IMG/VR virus record: IMGVR_UViG_3300032307_000731
Span: 32,001-96,000 of that record
Strand: one strand, 5' to 3'
From: a virus
Length of the DNA: 64,000 nucleotides
Shown here: piece after piece, positions 51,049 through 62,372 of the stretch
How the letters are laid out: each line of letters begins with the position of its first letter
Position numbering within the stretch: the first letter of the stretch is position 1
Notes under the pieces: model-generated
The model's input: only the letters and a program-made list of their open reading frames with translations
Database searches by the model: none
What the model was told of the DNA's origin: nothing
Translations under genes and position numbers: made by a program

Positions 51049-51080
51049 TTTGACTTCATACAATTTATCAATTATATTTT
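51049..51080 (+). promoter_or_regulatory. putative host-RNAP promoter for the replication operon
   Basis: TTGACT-17bp-TATATT; can also be read as TTTG-20bp-TATATTTT. Confidence 0.6.
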
Positions 51081-51113
51081 TATAACAATACTTAACAATT
51101 TAAATTTAAACAC

Positions 51114-51965
51114 ATGAGTTCATTAGACGCCGTATTGGCACAGTACGAAAATTCAAAACAATCAGGGGGCGGGGCCCAAGGGAAAATGTCGCAAGACGAA
51201 AGAATGAAAAAATATTTTGCACTTATCTTAGGGGATAAGGAGCAATCTGGACAAAGAAGAGTTAGAATCTTACCTACGAGTGATGGTTCTTCACCATTTA
51301 AAGAGGCTTGGTATCATGAGATTCAAGTTGGAGGACAATGGCAAAAATTCTACGACCCGGGAAAAAACGATAACGAACGTTCACCTTTAAACGAGGTTTA
51401 CGAAGAGTTAATCTCAACCGGAAAAGAATCAGACAAACAATTAGCGGCTCAGTATCGTTCTCGTAAATTCTATATCGTAAAAGTTATCGATAGAGATAGA
51501 GAAGAAGACGGACCAAAATTTTGGAGATTCAAACACAACTACAAAAATGATGGTATCTTAGATAAAATCATTCCAATTTGGAGAAATAAAGGTGATATCA
51601 CGGACCCACAAAATGGTAGAGATTTAATCATCGAGTTGACTAAAGCGAAAACTCCAAAAGGAAAAGAATATACAACCGTATCTACAATTATGTATGAAGA
51701 CCAAGGTCCTGTACATACTGACCAAGCACAAGCGGATGCTTGGATTACTGACGAATTAACTTGGTTAGATGTTTATTCTAAAAAACCTGTTGAATATCTT
51801 GAAGCTATTGCTCGTGGAGAAACTCCAAGATGGGATTCAGAAAAAGGTGGATATCTTTACGAAAGTGATTCAGTTGGTACAGAATCATTCGGGGGTGGAA
51901 AGTCAAATGACATTCCTTTAGACCCACAAATGAATGATATTCCTGACGAAGATTTACCTTTCTAA
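51114..51965 (+). CDS. single-stranded DNA-binding protein (gp32-like)
   Basis: VRILP, DITDPQNGRDLII, acidic C-terminal tail DEDLPF; upstream of the recombinase. Confidence 0.8.
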   Translation: MSSLDAVLAQYENSKQSGGGAQGKMSQDERMKKYFALILGDKEQSGQRRVRILPTSDGSSPFKEAWYHEIQVGGQWQKFYDPGKNDNERSPLNEVYEELISTGKESDKQLAAQYRSRKFYIVKVIDRDREEDGPKFWRFKHNYKNDGILDKIIPIWRNKGDITDPQNGRDLIIELTKAKTPKGKEYTTVSTIMYEDQGPVHTDQAQADAWITDELTWLDVYSKKPVEYLEAIARGETPRWDSEKGGYLYESDSVGTESFGGGKSNDIPLDPQMNDIPDEDLPF

Positions 51966-51977
51966 AATAAAATAATC

Positions 51978-52016
51978 AAACTTGGACATTTAGTTAGACA
52001 CTTTGTCCAAGTTTTT
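51978..52016 (+). terminator. hairpin, putative terminator or attenuator after the SSB gene
   Basis: AAACTTGGACA-15nt-TGTCCAAGTTT followed by T. Confidence 0.55.
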
Positions 52017-52029
52017 ATAATAATATTAT

Positions 52030-53031
52030 ATGGCAATTAAAAAAAATGATTTTAAGTCGATTAAAGATAAATTCTCAGTATCGGCAAAATACAAACCACA
52101 AAGATTTTTTGACTTAGGCCCGGACTTCTTAGATGCGGTTGGATTACCAGGTCCTGCAATTGGACATATTAATATGTTCTTAGGTCACTCGGATACGGGT
52201 AAAACAACGGCTCTTGTGAAAACTGCTGTGGATGCACAAAAGAAAGGAATTCTTCCTGTGTTCATTATTACTGAACAAAAATGGTCATTTGAACACGCTA
52301 AGTTAATGGGGTTTGAATGTGAGGAAGTTGTTGATGAGGAAACAGGTGAATTGGATTGGGATGGTTTTTACATCTTCAACAATAACTTTGATTACATCGA
52401 ACAAATTACTGACTATATCAATAACTTACTTGATGAGCAAGAAAAAGGAAACTTAGACTATAGTTTATGTTTTATGTGGGATTCAGTAGGTTCTGTACCT
52501 TGTAAAATGACTTATGAAGGTAAAGGAGGTAAACAACACAACGCATCTACATTAGCGGATAAGATTGGTATGGGTATCAACCAAAGAATCTCGGGTTCTC
52601 GTAAGTCTGACTCAAAATATGAAAACACTTTAATCATTGTTAATCAACCATGGGTTGAATTACCGGACAATCCGTTTGGACAACCTAAGATTAAAGCTAA
52701 AGGTGGTGAGGCGATTTGGTTAAACTCATCATTAGTTTATTTATTTGGAAATCAAAAAGGAGCAGGGACTACTAAGATTACCGCAACCAAAGACAAAAGA
52801 ACTATTAAGTTTGCTTCAAGAACAAAAGTGTCGGTTATGAAAAACCACATCAATGGATTGGGTTATGATGATGGTAAAATTATTGTCACACCTCACGGAT
52901 TCATTGCGGGTAAAGATTCAACGGAAGAAAAAGCATCGTTGGAAAAATACAAAAAAGAATATGCAGACTATTGGAAAGATATCATCGGAACTGAAGGTGA
53001 TTTTGACCTAAAAGAAGAAAAAGAAGCTTAG
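52030..53031 (+). CDS. uvsX: RecA/UvsX-like recombinase
   Basis: Walker A GHSDTGKT, WDSVG, IIVNQ, KGG, KNHI. Confidence 0.85.
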   Translation: MAIKKNDFKSIKDKFSVSAKYKPQRFFDLGPDFLDAVGLPGPAIGHINMFLGHSDTGKTTALVKTAVDAQKKGILPVFIITEQKWSFEHAKLMGFECEEVVDEETGELDWDGFYIFNNNFDYIEQITDYINNLLDEQEKGNLDYSLCFMWDSVGSVPCKMTYEGKGGKQHNASTLADKIGMGINQRISGSRKSDSKYENTLIIVNQPWVELPDNPFGQPKIKAKGGEAIWLNSSLVYLFGNQKGAGTTKITATKDKRTIKFASRTKVSVMKNHINGLGYDDGKIIVTPHGFIAGKDSTEEKASLEKYKKEYADYWKDIIGTEGDFDLKEEKEA

Positions 53032-53055
53032 TTTATTCACCATTAAATCACCATT

Positions 53056-54057
53056 GTGATTAAGACATTATTAATTGACGGGTCCAACTTAATGAAAATT
53101 GGATTCCACGGAGTAAAAGACCTATACAATGACGGAAGTCACTTAGGTGCTATTTACCACTTTATAAATACAATTCGGAAATTCCTTGAGGAACATAACT
53201 ACGATAAGGTAGTTGTGTTCTGGGATGCCGAACATAGTTCATCCACTCGGAAAGAACTTTATCCACAGTATAAGGGAAATAGAAAACAAGATATGAATGA
53301 GTTTAAGTACGAATCATATCTACAACAAAACGCTCGTATTAAAGAATATCTTGAAGAAGTCTTTGTTAGACAAGTTGAGATGGTTTATAACGAGGCGGAT
53401 GACTTGATTGCTTATTATTGTCTAAGAGCGACTAATGAAGAGATTACCATTTTTTCGTCAGATAAGGACCTTACACAACTTATTTCGGACCGGGTGACCA
53501 TCTACTCTCCAAACTTAAAACAATACTTTAAACAGGGTGATATGATTACCATCAATAAAGTTCAGATACCACATTATAATGTATTACTTTGTAAGATTCT
53601 TACCGGTGATAGTTCGGATAATATTAGTGGAATTGAAGGTTTAGGTGAAAAAACTTTAGTTAAATTATTCCCTGATATGCTGGTTAAACCATGCACTATC
53701 AACGAAATAAGAGTTAATGCGGGGATTATCATGCAAGAAAAGAAATCAAAAGTATTGGAAAATATTTTGACTGGTAAGACAAAAAATGGTATAATTGGTG
53801 AAGAGTTTTATACTACAAACGAAAAAATAGTTAATTTATCTAACCCTTTAATTACAGACGATGGAAAAGAATTAGTTGACCAAATTATCACAGACACTAT
53901 TGACCCGACAGATAGGGGATATAAAAATTTAATGAGACTTATGATGGAAGATGGTCTCTTCAAATATCTTCCAAAAAACGATGAAGCTTGGGTAAATTTC
54001 CTAAGACCATTCATGAAATTAACAAGAAAAGAAAAACGTAAAACAAACAAAAATTAA
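53056..54057 (+). CDS. 5'-3' exonuclease / flap endonuclease (T4 RNase H-like), GTG start
   Basis: LLIDGSN, YKGNR, EADD, SSDKD, GDSSDNISGIEGLGEKT. Confidence 0.9.
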   Translation: MIKTLLIDGSNLMKIGFHGVKDLYNDGSHLGAIYHFINTIRKFLEEHNYDKVVVFWDAEHSSSTRKELYPQYKGNRKQDMNEFKYESYLQQNARIKEYLEEVFVRQVEMVYNEADDLIAYYCLRATNEEITIFSSDKDLTQLISDRVTIYSPNLKQYFKQGDMITINKVQIPHYNVLLCKILTGDSSDNISGIEGLGEKTLVKLFPDMLVKPCTINEIRVNAGIIMQEKKSKVLENILTGKTKNGIIGEEFYTTNEKIVNLSNPLITDDGKELVDQIITDTIDPTDRGYKNLMRLMMEDGLFKYLPKNDEAWVNFLRPFMKLTRKEKRKTNKN

Positions 54058-54061
54058 ATTT

Positions 54062-54514
54062 ATGAGAGAACAAGAAAGTACTAAGATGGAATTTTTATTG
54101 ACATTAAACGATAACATCGTAGTCCAAAGATTCTTTAACGTAAGAGGTTTTAACTCAAAGGCGAAAAATTCGGTTGAGTTATATGAGTTTATTTCAGACT
54201 TCAAAGAAGAACTTCAAGAATACTTGAAAATGAAAACTTTAGTGTATATGATGGACAACAAAGAGTCAATTACACACGACCCAACCATTATGGACACATC
54301 GTTTACCGATGGACCTGAAGTGTTTAACATTTTTATCAAATTAGGTGAACAGACAATTTGTCATAGAATTTTTGACGGAAAATTTTATCCACCAAAAGTT
54401 CGTTATACCGTCGATGTGAGACCTTTCTTAAAGGAAACTCTTCGAGGATTGACTGACATTTTTTCAGATAAAAAATTAAGTTACAATTATTTGGAACTTG
54501 ACTTGAGTAAGTAA
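54062..54514 (+). CDS. hypothetical protein in the replication operon
   Basis: 150 aa ORF tightly packed between the exonuclease and helicase genes. Confidence 0.75.
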   Translation: MREQESTKMEFLLTLNDNIVVQRFFNVRGFNSKAKNSVELYEFISDFKEELQEYLKMKTLVYMMDNKESITHDPTIMDTSFTDGPEVFNIFIKLGEQTICHRIFDGKFYPPKVRYTVDVRPFLKETLRGLTDIFSDKKLSYNYLELDLSK

Positions 54515-54551
54515 GTATTTAATAATACAAGGGTAACTTTTAAAACAATTT

Positions 54552-55934
54552 ATGAACAAAAATTTCGATTATTTAGGGAACACATTTCAATTACAATTAC
54601 TGAATCAGATTATATTAGATAAGGACTTTTCATCTTCAATTATGGATGTTATTGAGCCAATCTATTTCGACAACAAGTACTTTAAAATCATTTTACAAAT
54701 GACAAAAGAGTATCACAAGAAATATGAATCTACTCCTAATTTCGATACTCTTGAGCAGATAGTTAAGTCTGAAATCTCCCAAGAGATGGTTGCCAAGATT
54801 GTTTTGGACACATTAACACAAGTAAAGGAGGCACCATTTGAAGGTACTACTTTCGTTCAGGAGAAGGCCTTAAAGTTCTGTAAACAACAAGAACTTCAAA
54901 AGGCGATGGACAAAGCTCAAAAGATTATCACTCAAGGTGATTTCGAGTCTTATGATAAGGTTGAAGGACTCGTGAGAGACGCATTACAGGTTGGGGAGAT
55001 AGATAAAGGTCAAACAGATATCTTCGCTAATTTAGACACTGTACTTGATGAGGATTATCGTCACCCAATTCCAATGGGGATTAAAGGTATTGATAAACTA
55101 CTTAAAGGTGGATTGGCTAAAGGTGAGATTGGAGTTATATTAGCGCCAACAGGTGTTGGTAAGACAACTATCTTATCTAAAATTTCAAACACCGCATTTA
55201 ATCTTGGGTATAACGTACTTCAAATATTTTTTGAAGACAACCCAAAAATTATACAAAGGAAACACTTCACAATGTGGACAGGAATTGAACCGGATAATTT
55301 GGTTCAACACAAAGACGAAGTGATGAGTAAAATTACTGAAATTAAGGAGACAATGCAAAACAGATTAGTTTTGAAAAAATTGGCGTCAGATACGATGACT
55401 ATGAGTCAAATTAAAAATCAGGTTAGAAAAATGATTGCGGATGGAATTAAGATTGATATGGTTTTATTAGATTATATTGATTGTGTATTACCGGAATCAA
55501 GTAGTAAAGATGAGTGGAAAGCGGAAGGTTCTGTGATGAGAGGTTTTGAGGCGATGTGTCACGAACTTGATTTAGTTGGGTGGACTGCAACACAAGGTAA
55601 CAGGTCTTCAATTTCGTCAGAGGTTGTAACTACAGACCAAATGGGAGGTTCAATTAAAAAGGCACAAGTTGGTCACGTAATCATTTCCGTGGCTAAGACA
55701 TTACAACAAAAAGAAATGGGTCTTGCGACTATTGCGATTACTAAAAGTCGTTTAGGTCAAGATGGTGTTGTTTTTGAGAATTGTAAATTCAATAATGAAT
55801 TACTTGAGATTGATACTGAAAGTTCAGTAACATTCTTAGGATTCGAAGAACAACAAGAAGATAGAAAAAGAGATAGAGTTAAAGAACTCTTGGAGAAAAG
55901 AAAACAGAGAGAACAGAGTCAACAACAAAATTAA
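54552..55934 (+). CDS. dnaB: DnaB-like replicative helicase
   Basis: APTGVGKT, LLDYID, WTATQGNR, KSRLG. Confidence 0.9.
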   Translation: MNKNFDYLGNTFQLQLLNQIILDKDFSSSIMDVIEPIYFDNKYFKIILQMTKEYHKKYESTPNFDTLEQIVKSEISQEMVAKIVLDTLTQVKEAPFEGTTFVQEKALKFCKQQELQKAMDKAQKIITQGDFESYDKVEGLVRDALQVGEIDKGQTDIFANLDTVLDEDYRHPIPMGIKGIDKLLKGGLAKGEIGVILAPTGVGKTTILSKISNTAFNLGYNVLQIFFEDNPKIIQRKHFTMWTGIEPDNLVQHKDEVMSKITEIKETMQNRLVLKKLASDTMTMSQIKNQVRKMIADGIKIDMVLLDYIDCVLPESSSKDEWKAEGSVMRGFEAMCHELDLVGWTATQGNRSSISSEVVTTDQMGGSIKKAQVGHVIISVAKTLQQKEMGLATIAITKSRLGQDGVVFENCKFNNELLEIDTESSVTFLGFEEQQEDRKRDRVKELLEKRKQREQSQQQN

Positions 55935-55937
55935 AAT

Positions 55938-56576
55938 ATGAAAATTAATAAAGAGAAATTACAAATAGAATTTAAAGATTCTGAAACTATTAATGAAAAT
56001 TATAGTCAATCCGCTCAGGACATTTTTGTTCTAATGTGTTTGGATGGTAAGAAAAATGGTACATTTTTGGATTTAGGTTGTCATCATCCTATAAATATAA
56101 ATAACACATATCTATTAGAGACCCATTATAATTGGAATGGGGTTTCAATAGATATTGATAAAACGATGACTGATTTATTTGGAATTAGAAAAACCACATC
56201 ACTAACTGAAGATTGTACAAAATTAGATTTTAAGAAAATTTTAAACTTATATGATAGTAAACATATTGATTACTTATCTTTAGATTTAGAGCCGGCATCA
56301 ATAACATTAGATTGTTTGAAAACAATACCTTTTAATGATATTGAATTTAGTGTTATTACTTTTGAACACGATGTATATCGATTTGGAGATGATTGTCGAA
56401 CTAAATCAAGGGAATTACTTGAAGGATATGGGTATAAAAGAATTTGTTCTGATGTTAGTAATGGATATAACATATATGAAGATTGGTATTATAATCCCAA
56501 ATATGTTAGTTATGATAGAATAAAAATTATTGAATCCGAAGGTAAAGAATGGTCGGATATTTTATTAAAAAATTAA
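55938..56576 (+). CDS. FkbM-family SAM-dependent methyltransferase
   Basis: [40 protein letters not shown]. Confidence 0.75.
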   Translation: MKINKEKLQIEFKDSETINENYSQSAQDIFVLMCLDGKKNGTFLDLGCHHPININNTYLLETHYNWNGVSIDIDKTMTDLFGIRKTTSLTEDCTKLDFKKILNLYDSKHIDYLSLDLEPASITLDCLKTIPFNDIEFSVITFEHDVYRFGDDCRTKSRELLEGYGYKRICSDVSNGYNIYEDWYYNPKYVSYDRIKIIESEGKEWSDILLKN

Positions 56577-56580
56577 AAAT

Positions 56581-57528
56581 ATGGAAAAAATATTAGAACC
56601 AAATAATGACAGATTTGTCATATTCCCTATCGAACATAATGATATATGGGAATTTTATAAACAACACCAAGCGGCGTTTTGGACTGCTGAAGAAGTTGAT
56701 TTATCTAACGATATTAGAGATTGGGAAAATTTATCAGATAATGAGAAATATTTTCTTAAAAATATATTAGCGTTTTTTGCGGCGTCTGATGGAATTGTAA
56801 ATGAAAACTTAGCAGAAAATTTCTTAAAAGAAGTACAATATGCTGAGGCAAAATTCTTTTACGGATTTCAGGTTATGATGGAAAATATCCATTCATTAAT
56901 GTATTCGTTATTGATTGATACTTATGTGTCTGATGAAAAAGAAAAAGATGAATGTTTCCACGCGATTGACAGATTACCTGCAGTTCAAAAGAAAGCTAAA
57001 TGGGCTCTTGATTGGATTGAAAACGCTTCATTCCAAGAAAGATTAGTTGCATTCGCGGCTGTTGAAGGTATCTTCTTTTCAGGTTCATTCTGTTCAATCT
57101 TTTGGTTGAAATCAAGAGGAATCATGCAAGGTTTATGTAATGCTAATTCACTTATCTTTAAAGATGAAAATTTACATTGTGATTTTGCTATTCATTTGAT
57201 TAATAATCACGTTGAGAACAAACCAAGTGAAAAACGAATTAAAGAGATTTTATTATCTGCATTAGAAATTGAAAAAGAGTTTATTACAGAATCTTTACCT
57301 GTATCTTTAATTGGTATGAATTCTAATTTGATGAAACAATATTTAGAATTTGTAACGGATGGTCTATTAGTTAAATTTGGATGTAAAAAACAATTCAATG
57401 TTGAACAACCATTCAAATTTATGGAACAAATTGCTGTTGAGACTAAAGGAAACTTTTTTGAATCAAGAACAATGGAATACCAAAAGGCTAAATTAGGTGA
57501 ATCACTAACATTCACTGACGATTTCTAA
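56581..57528 (+). CDS. nrdB: ribonucleotide reductase class Ia beta subunit
   Basis: [41 protein letters not shown]. Confidence 0.95.
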   Translation: MEKILEPNNDRFVIFPIEHNDIWEFYKQHQAAFWTAEEVDLSNDIRDWENLSDNEKYFLKNILAFFAASDGIVNENLAENFLKEVQYAEAKFFYGFQVMMENIHSLMYSLLIDTYVSDEKEKDECFHAIDRLPAVQKKAKWALDWIENASFQERLVAFAAVEGIFFSGSFCSIFWLKSRGIMQGLCNANSLIFKDENLHCDFAIHLINNHVENKPSEKRIKEILLSALEIEKEFITESLPVSLIGMNSNLMKQYLEFVTDGLLVKFGCKKQFNVEQPFKFMEQIAVETKGNFFESRTMEYQKAKLGESLTFTDDF

Positions 57529-57538
57529 TTAAAAATAT

Positions 57539-59965
57539 ATGATGTCATTAAAGATTAAAAAAAGAGGGGGAGATGAAGTTTCATTTAACCCTCAAAAAAT
57601 TTACAATAGAGTTAAACGAGCGTCTAGAGGGTTAAATGTTAACTCAGACGAGATTTTTATTAAAGTTATTACTTCAGTACCAACTGAAGGATTTATTACA
57701 ACTAAAGAGTTAGATAAATTAGTTTATGAAATTGCTGCTTCATATACCGGAAGTCATCACGATTACTCAAGATTAGCGTCTTCGGTAGCGATTTCATCTT
57801 ATCATAAAGAAACTGATGAAAGTTTTTGTAACACAATGCACACCTTACACGTTGATGGGGTCATTAATGATAAGTTAATGGAAACTATTGAACTATATGG
57901 TCCTGAAAATATTGATTCTGTAATTAATCACGAGAATGATTACAATTTTGATTATTTTGCTTGGCGTTCATTACAAGAAATGTATTTGTTAAAAACACCT
58001 GAAGGTAAGGTAATTGAAAGACCACAACATATGTATATGAGAGTTGCTCTATGGGTGACTAAATCATTCGAAGAGGCGGTTGAATATTACAATTCTTTAT
58101 CAAATCAACTTATTTCTCCGGCAACACCAATTATGATTAATGCGGGTACTAAAACACCTCAACTAGCATCTTGTGTATTGAAATACAACCATGGGGATTC
58201 AAGAGAAGGTTTATTACAAACATTAAATGATATCTCAACTTACTCATCAGACGCTGCGGGTATTGGATTATGTATGTCTAACATTCGTAGTAAAGAAAGT
58301 AGAATTAATTCATCAGGTGGATTTGCGGGAGGTTTATTAAAATACCTTAAAATTGTAAATGAATCACTACGTTTCTTTAACCAACAAGGAAGAAGACCGG
58401 GTAGTGCTGCTATCTACATTGAACCTTGGCATAAAGACATCATTGATTTACTTGATATCAAAAAGAATACAGGAGCTGAAGAGATGAGAGCAAGAGATTT
58501 ATTCACGTCAATTTGGTTACCGGATAACTTTATGAATGCTGTTAAAAACAATGGGGATTGGTATTTGTTTTGTCCGAATGACATTAAGAAAGCTGGTATC
58601 AAACCATTACAGGAGACTTATGGTGATGAGTATGAAGAGAATTATAACAAAGCGGTTGAACTTGGTCTTGGTAAAAAAGTTAAAGCTCAAACAATTTGGA
58701 ATAAGATTATTGAATCTCAGGTTGAAACAGGAGTTCCTTACTTATGTTCTAAAGATAGTGCGAATAGAAAAACTAACCATCAAAACATTGGGGTGATTAA
58801 ACAATCTAACTTATGTAATGAGATTTACCAATATACCGATGAGGAAACAACTGCAATCTGTACGTTATCTTCTATGGTGTTGAAAAACTTTATTATTAAA
58901 GGAGAGTTTGATTTTAATTTACTTTACAATGAAGTTAGAAAAGTTGTGAGAGCACTTAACAAAGTTGTTGACATTAATAGTTATTCAACTGAGCAAGGTA
59001 GAAAAGGGGGTCTTGAACAAAGAGCAATTGCGATTGGAACACAAGGTCTTGCGGATGTTTTTTATTTAATGGATTATATCTTCACATCTGAAGAGGCAAA
59101 GAAACTTAACAAAGATATTTTTGAAACAATTTATTTTGCTGCAATCACTGAGAGTTCTTATTTATGTCAACAAGGTTTATACAGACCATATGAATTCTTT
59201 AAAGGTTCACCAATGTCAAAAGGAATATTCCAATTTGATATGTGGGGAATGAATGAGGATAATTTATCAGGTCGTTGGGATTGGATGGGATTGAAAGATA
59301 AAGTGTCGGAATATGGTGTTTGTAACTCATTATTCACGGCTCAGATGCCGGTAGCATCTTCGGCTAAGATTACAGGTTCATTTGAAATGACAGAACCAGC
59401 TCACTCGGCATTGTTTAATCGTCGTGTGGTTGGGGGAGAAATCCTTATCGTAAACAAATACTTAATTACTGATTTTGAAAAATTAGGTGTTTGGAGTGAG
59501 GATTTAAAAAATGAGATTATTATGAATGAAGGTTCAATTCAGAATATTAATTTCAATCAATATCTTGACCCTGAAGATAAAAACTACAACAAGAAAGTTA
59601 AAAGAATTGAACATTTAATACCTAAATACAAAACAATTTGGGAGATATCTCAAAGAGAATTAATTGATATGGCGGCGGACAGAGCACCATTTATTGACCA
59701 ATCACAATCAATGAATATCTATATGTCTGAACCAACATTATCAAAAATTTCATCATCTCATTTCCATTCATGGAGTAAAGGTTTGAAAACTCTTTGTTAT
59801 TATGTTAGAACTAAGGCAATATCAACCGGAGCAAAACATTTAGCTGTTGATATTTCAAAAGTAAAACAAACCTCAAATAAAGTTGAAACACCAAAAGTTA
59901 GTTTAATTGAAAATACTACAAAACCAACTGATTCAGAATTTGAATGTTTTGGATGTGGGTCATAA
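57539..59965 (+). CDS. nrdA: ribonucleotide reductase class Ia alpha subunit with ATP cone
   Basis: IKKRGG ATP cone, SPATP, SNLCNEI, YYVR, C-terminal CFGC. Confidence 0.95.
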   Translation: MMSLKIKKRGGDEVSFNPQKIYNRVKRASRGLNVNSDEIFIKVITSVPTEGFITTKELDKLVYEIAASYTGSHHDYSRLASSVAISSYHKETDESFCNTMHTLHVDGVINDKLMETIELYGPENIDSVINHENDYNFDYFAWRSLQEMYLLKTPEGKVIERPQHMYMRVALWVTKSFEEAVEYYNSLSNQLISPATPIMINAGTKTPQLASCVLKYNHGDSREGLLQTLNDISTYSSDAAGIGLCMSNIRSKESRINSSGGFAGGLLKYLKIVNESLRFFNQQGRRPGSAAIYIEPWHKDIIDLLDIKKNTGAEEMRARDLFTSIWLPDNFMNAVKNNGDWYLFCPNDIKKAGIKPLQETYGDEYEENYNKAVELGLGKKVKAQTIWNKIIESQVETGVPYLCSKDSANRKTNHQNIGVIKQSNLCNEIYQYTDEETTAICTLSSMVLKNFIIKGEFDFNLLYNEVRKVVRALNKVVDINSYSTEQGRKGGLEQRAIAIGTQGLADVFYLMDYIFTSEEAKKLNKDIFETIYFAAITESSYLCQQGLYRPYEFFKGSPMSKGIFQFDMWGMNEDNLSGRWDWMGLKDKVSEYGVCNSLFTAQMPVASSAKITGSFEMTEPAHSALFNRRVVGGEILIVNKYLITDFEKLGVWSEDLKNEIIMNEGSIQNINFNQYLDPEDKNYNKKVKRIEHLIPKYKTIWEISQRELIDMAADRAPFIDQSQSMNIYMSEPTLSKISSSHFHSWSKGLKTLCYYVRTKAISTGAKHLAVDISKVKQTSNKVETPKVSLIENTTKPTDSEFECFGCGS

Positions 59966-59984
59966 CAAAAGGTAATTATATAAT

Positions 59985-60009
59985 AATCCCGACAATGTCG
60001 GGATTTTTT
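59985..60009 (+). terminator. Rho-independent terminator
   Basis: AATCCCGAC-aat-GTCGGGATT followed by a T-run. Confidence 0.8.
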
Positions 60010-60056
60010 ATTTTTAGGTATTTATAAGAAATAATCATAACACTATAATTATAGAT

Positions 60057-60527
60057 ATGGCAGACGGAACAACATATGGTATTAATTTCCCTTTTAGGGA
60101 TTCAGTTAAAGGTGACTATTTACAACTAACTGAATTTGAGGCTCAAGAAATTAAAGCGGATTTAATCCACTTACTTTTAACTCGAAAAGGTTCAAGATAT
60201 TATTTACCAACATTTGGGACTAGACTTTATGAGTTTTTATTTGAACCATTTGATGGGTTAACATTTGATGCAATTGAATCAGATATTCGAGAAGCGGTTG
60301 GTACATTTATGCCAAACTTATTATTAAACCAAATAACCATAAGTCCTGCTGACCCAATGGAAGAGGTTGATTTAGCAACAGGGATGGCAACAATAGGGAC
60401 AAGTGAATCGTCAATTTATAGATTTCCTGGTAAAGGGACTTCAGAATATACTGCAAAAATAAAAATAGATTACTCGACAAACAATTCAACTTTTGGACCG
60501 AGTGATTTCGTTATCATTAATATTTAA
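60057..60527 (+). CDS. baseplate wedge protein (gp25-like)
   Basis: LLLTRKGSRYYLPTFGTRLYEFLFEP. Confidence 0.85.
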   Translation: MADGTTYGINFPFRDSVKGDYLQLTEFEAQEIKADLIHLLLTRKGSRYYLPTFGTRLYEFLFEPFDGLTFDAIESDIREAVGTFMPNLLLNQITISPADPMEEVDLATGMATIGTSESSIYRFPGKGTSEYTAKIKIDYSTNNSTFGPSDFVIINI

Positions 60528-60533
60528 TATCAT

Positions 60534-62372
60534 ATGGCAAATCGTAATATATCATATACTACAAGAGATTATCAAGGAATAAGAACTGAATTATTAAACT
60601 ATGTAAGAACTTATTACCCTGAATTAATACAGGACTTCAATGATGCTTCGGTATTCTCGGTGTTCTTAGATTTGAACGCGGCGGTTGCGGATAATTTACA
60701 TTATCATATTGATAGAAGTATTCAAGAAACGGTTCTACAATACGCTCAACAAAGGTCTTCAATTTATAATATTGCAAGAACCTATGGATTAAAATTACCG
60801 GGTCAAAGACCATCTGTTTCTTTGGTTGATTTTTCAATTACGGTTCCGGCTTTTGGGGATAAAGAAGATGAAAGATACTTAGGTACATTAACAAGAGGGT
60901 CTCAAGTTGTTGGTGCTGGTATTGTTTTTGAAAACATATATGATATTGATTTTACATCACCATATAACGCTCAAGGGTTTCCAAATAGATTAAAAATACC
61001 AAATTTTAATGCTAATAACGTTTTAATTAATTATACCATTACTAAACGAGAATTGGTAGTTAATGGTATTACTAAAGTTTTTAAAAGAGTTATCACACCT
61101 AATGATGTGAAACCATTCTTTGAATTATTTTTACCTGAAAAAAATGTATTAGGTATTACAAGTGTATTACTTAAGAGTGGGACTGAATATACTAATATTC
61201 CTTCTACTGCGGAATTTTTAGGGGTTGAAAATAAATGGTATGAAGTTGATTCGTTGGCGGAAGATAGAGTTTTTATTGAAGACCCAACTAAAGTGTCGGA
61301 CCAACCAGGTATTAAAGTTGGTAGATATATTCAAACACAAAATAGATTTATAAGTGAATATACTTCTGAAGGATTTAAAAAGATGACTTTTGGTGGTGGA
61401 ACAAACACTGCTCAAGATGCGTTAGACCAATTTACAACAGTTGGGGCAACAATTGATTTACAAAGATATTCAAACAACTTTTCATTAGGGTCTGCTTTAA
61501 CGCCTAACTCAACATTATTTATTCAATATCGAGTTGGTGGTGGATTAGCAACAAACTTAGGTACAAACGTGATTAATCAAATTGGTACGGTTAATTTCTT
61601 TGTGAACGGACCATCTGAATCAACTAATTCATCTGTAGTTAATTCACTAAGATGTAACAACGTTACTGCTGCAATTGGTGGTGCGGGAGTTCCTTCATTA
61701 GAAGAAATTAGAAATTATGTTTCATTTAATTTCTCGGCACAAAAAAGAGCGGTAACCGTACAAGATTATGAATCAATCATTAGAAATATGCCATCAGAGT
61801 TTGGAGCACCTGCAAAAGTGTCCATAACAGAGAATAATAATAAGATATTGATTCAGTTATTATCTTATGATACTTCAGGTAAATTAACCAGTATTGTGTC
61901 TGATACATTAAGACAAAATGTTGCAAATTACCTTTCTAACTATAGAATGATGAATGATTATATTTCAATCTTAACCGCTGATGTTATTGATTTAAGTATT
62001 GATGTTCAGATTGTATTAGATTCTGCACAAAATTCAGGACAAGTTATTGCTGATGTGGTTGATAGAATTTCTACTTATCTTAATCCTCAAACAAGAGAGT
62101 TGGGACAAAATGTTTATTTATCTGAAATAAGAAGTATTGTTCAAAATCAAAACGGGGTTTTAACTGTTGCAGGGATAAATGTGTATAATAATGTTGGAGG
62201 ACAATATTCTTCTTCTGAAACATCCATGGAATACTCTAATTCTGAAACAAAAGAAATTGCTCCGGTTGATGACACAATTTTTGCTCAACCATCTCAAGTG
62301 TATCAAATTAGATACCCTAATAAAGATATTAGAGTGTCGGTTAAAAATTTCCAATCAGTTACCTTTTCATAA
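60534..62372 (+). CDS. baseplate wedge protein (gp6/baseplate J-like)
   Basis: YTTRDYQGIR, YRVGGG, AQKRAVTVQDY. Confidence 0.85.
   Translation: MANRNISYTTRDYQGIRTELLNYVRTYYPELIQDFNDASVFSVFLDLNAAVADNLHYHIDRSIQETVLQYAQQRSSIYNIARTYGLKLPGQRPSVSLVDFSITVPAFGDKEDERYLGTLTRGSQVVGAGIVFENIYDIDFTSPYNAQGFPNRLKIPNFNANNVLINYTITKRELVVNGITKVFKRVITPNDVKPFFELFLPEKNVLGITSVLLKSGTEYTNIPSTAEFLGVENKWYEVDSLAEDRVFIEDPTKVSDQPGIKVGRYIQTQNRFISEYTSEGFKKMTFGGGTNTAQDALDQFTTVGATIDLQRYSNNFSLGSALTPNSTLFIQYRVGGGLATNLGTNVINQIGTVNFFVNGPSESTNSSVVNSLRCNNVTAAIGGAGVPSLEEIRNYVSFNFSAQKRAVTVQDYESIIRNMPSEFGAPAKVSITENNNKILIQLLSYDTSGKLTSIVSDTLRQNVANYLSNYRMMNDYISILTADVIDLSIDVQIVLDSAQNSGQVIADVVDRISTYLNPQTRELGQNVYLSEIRSIVQNQNGVLTVAGINVYNNVGGQYSSSETSMEYSNSETKEIAPVDDTIFAQPSQVYQIRYPNKDIRVSVKNFQSVTFS

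Noticed and set aside
16449-59965. Inteins or introns in PolB, DnaB, NrdA, NrdB
   Set aside because: The ORFs are continuous and of ordinary length, with no splicing motifs or homing endonuclease seen.
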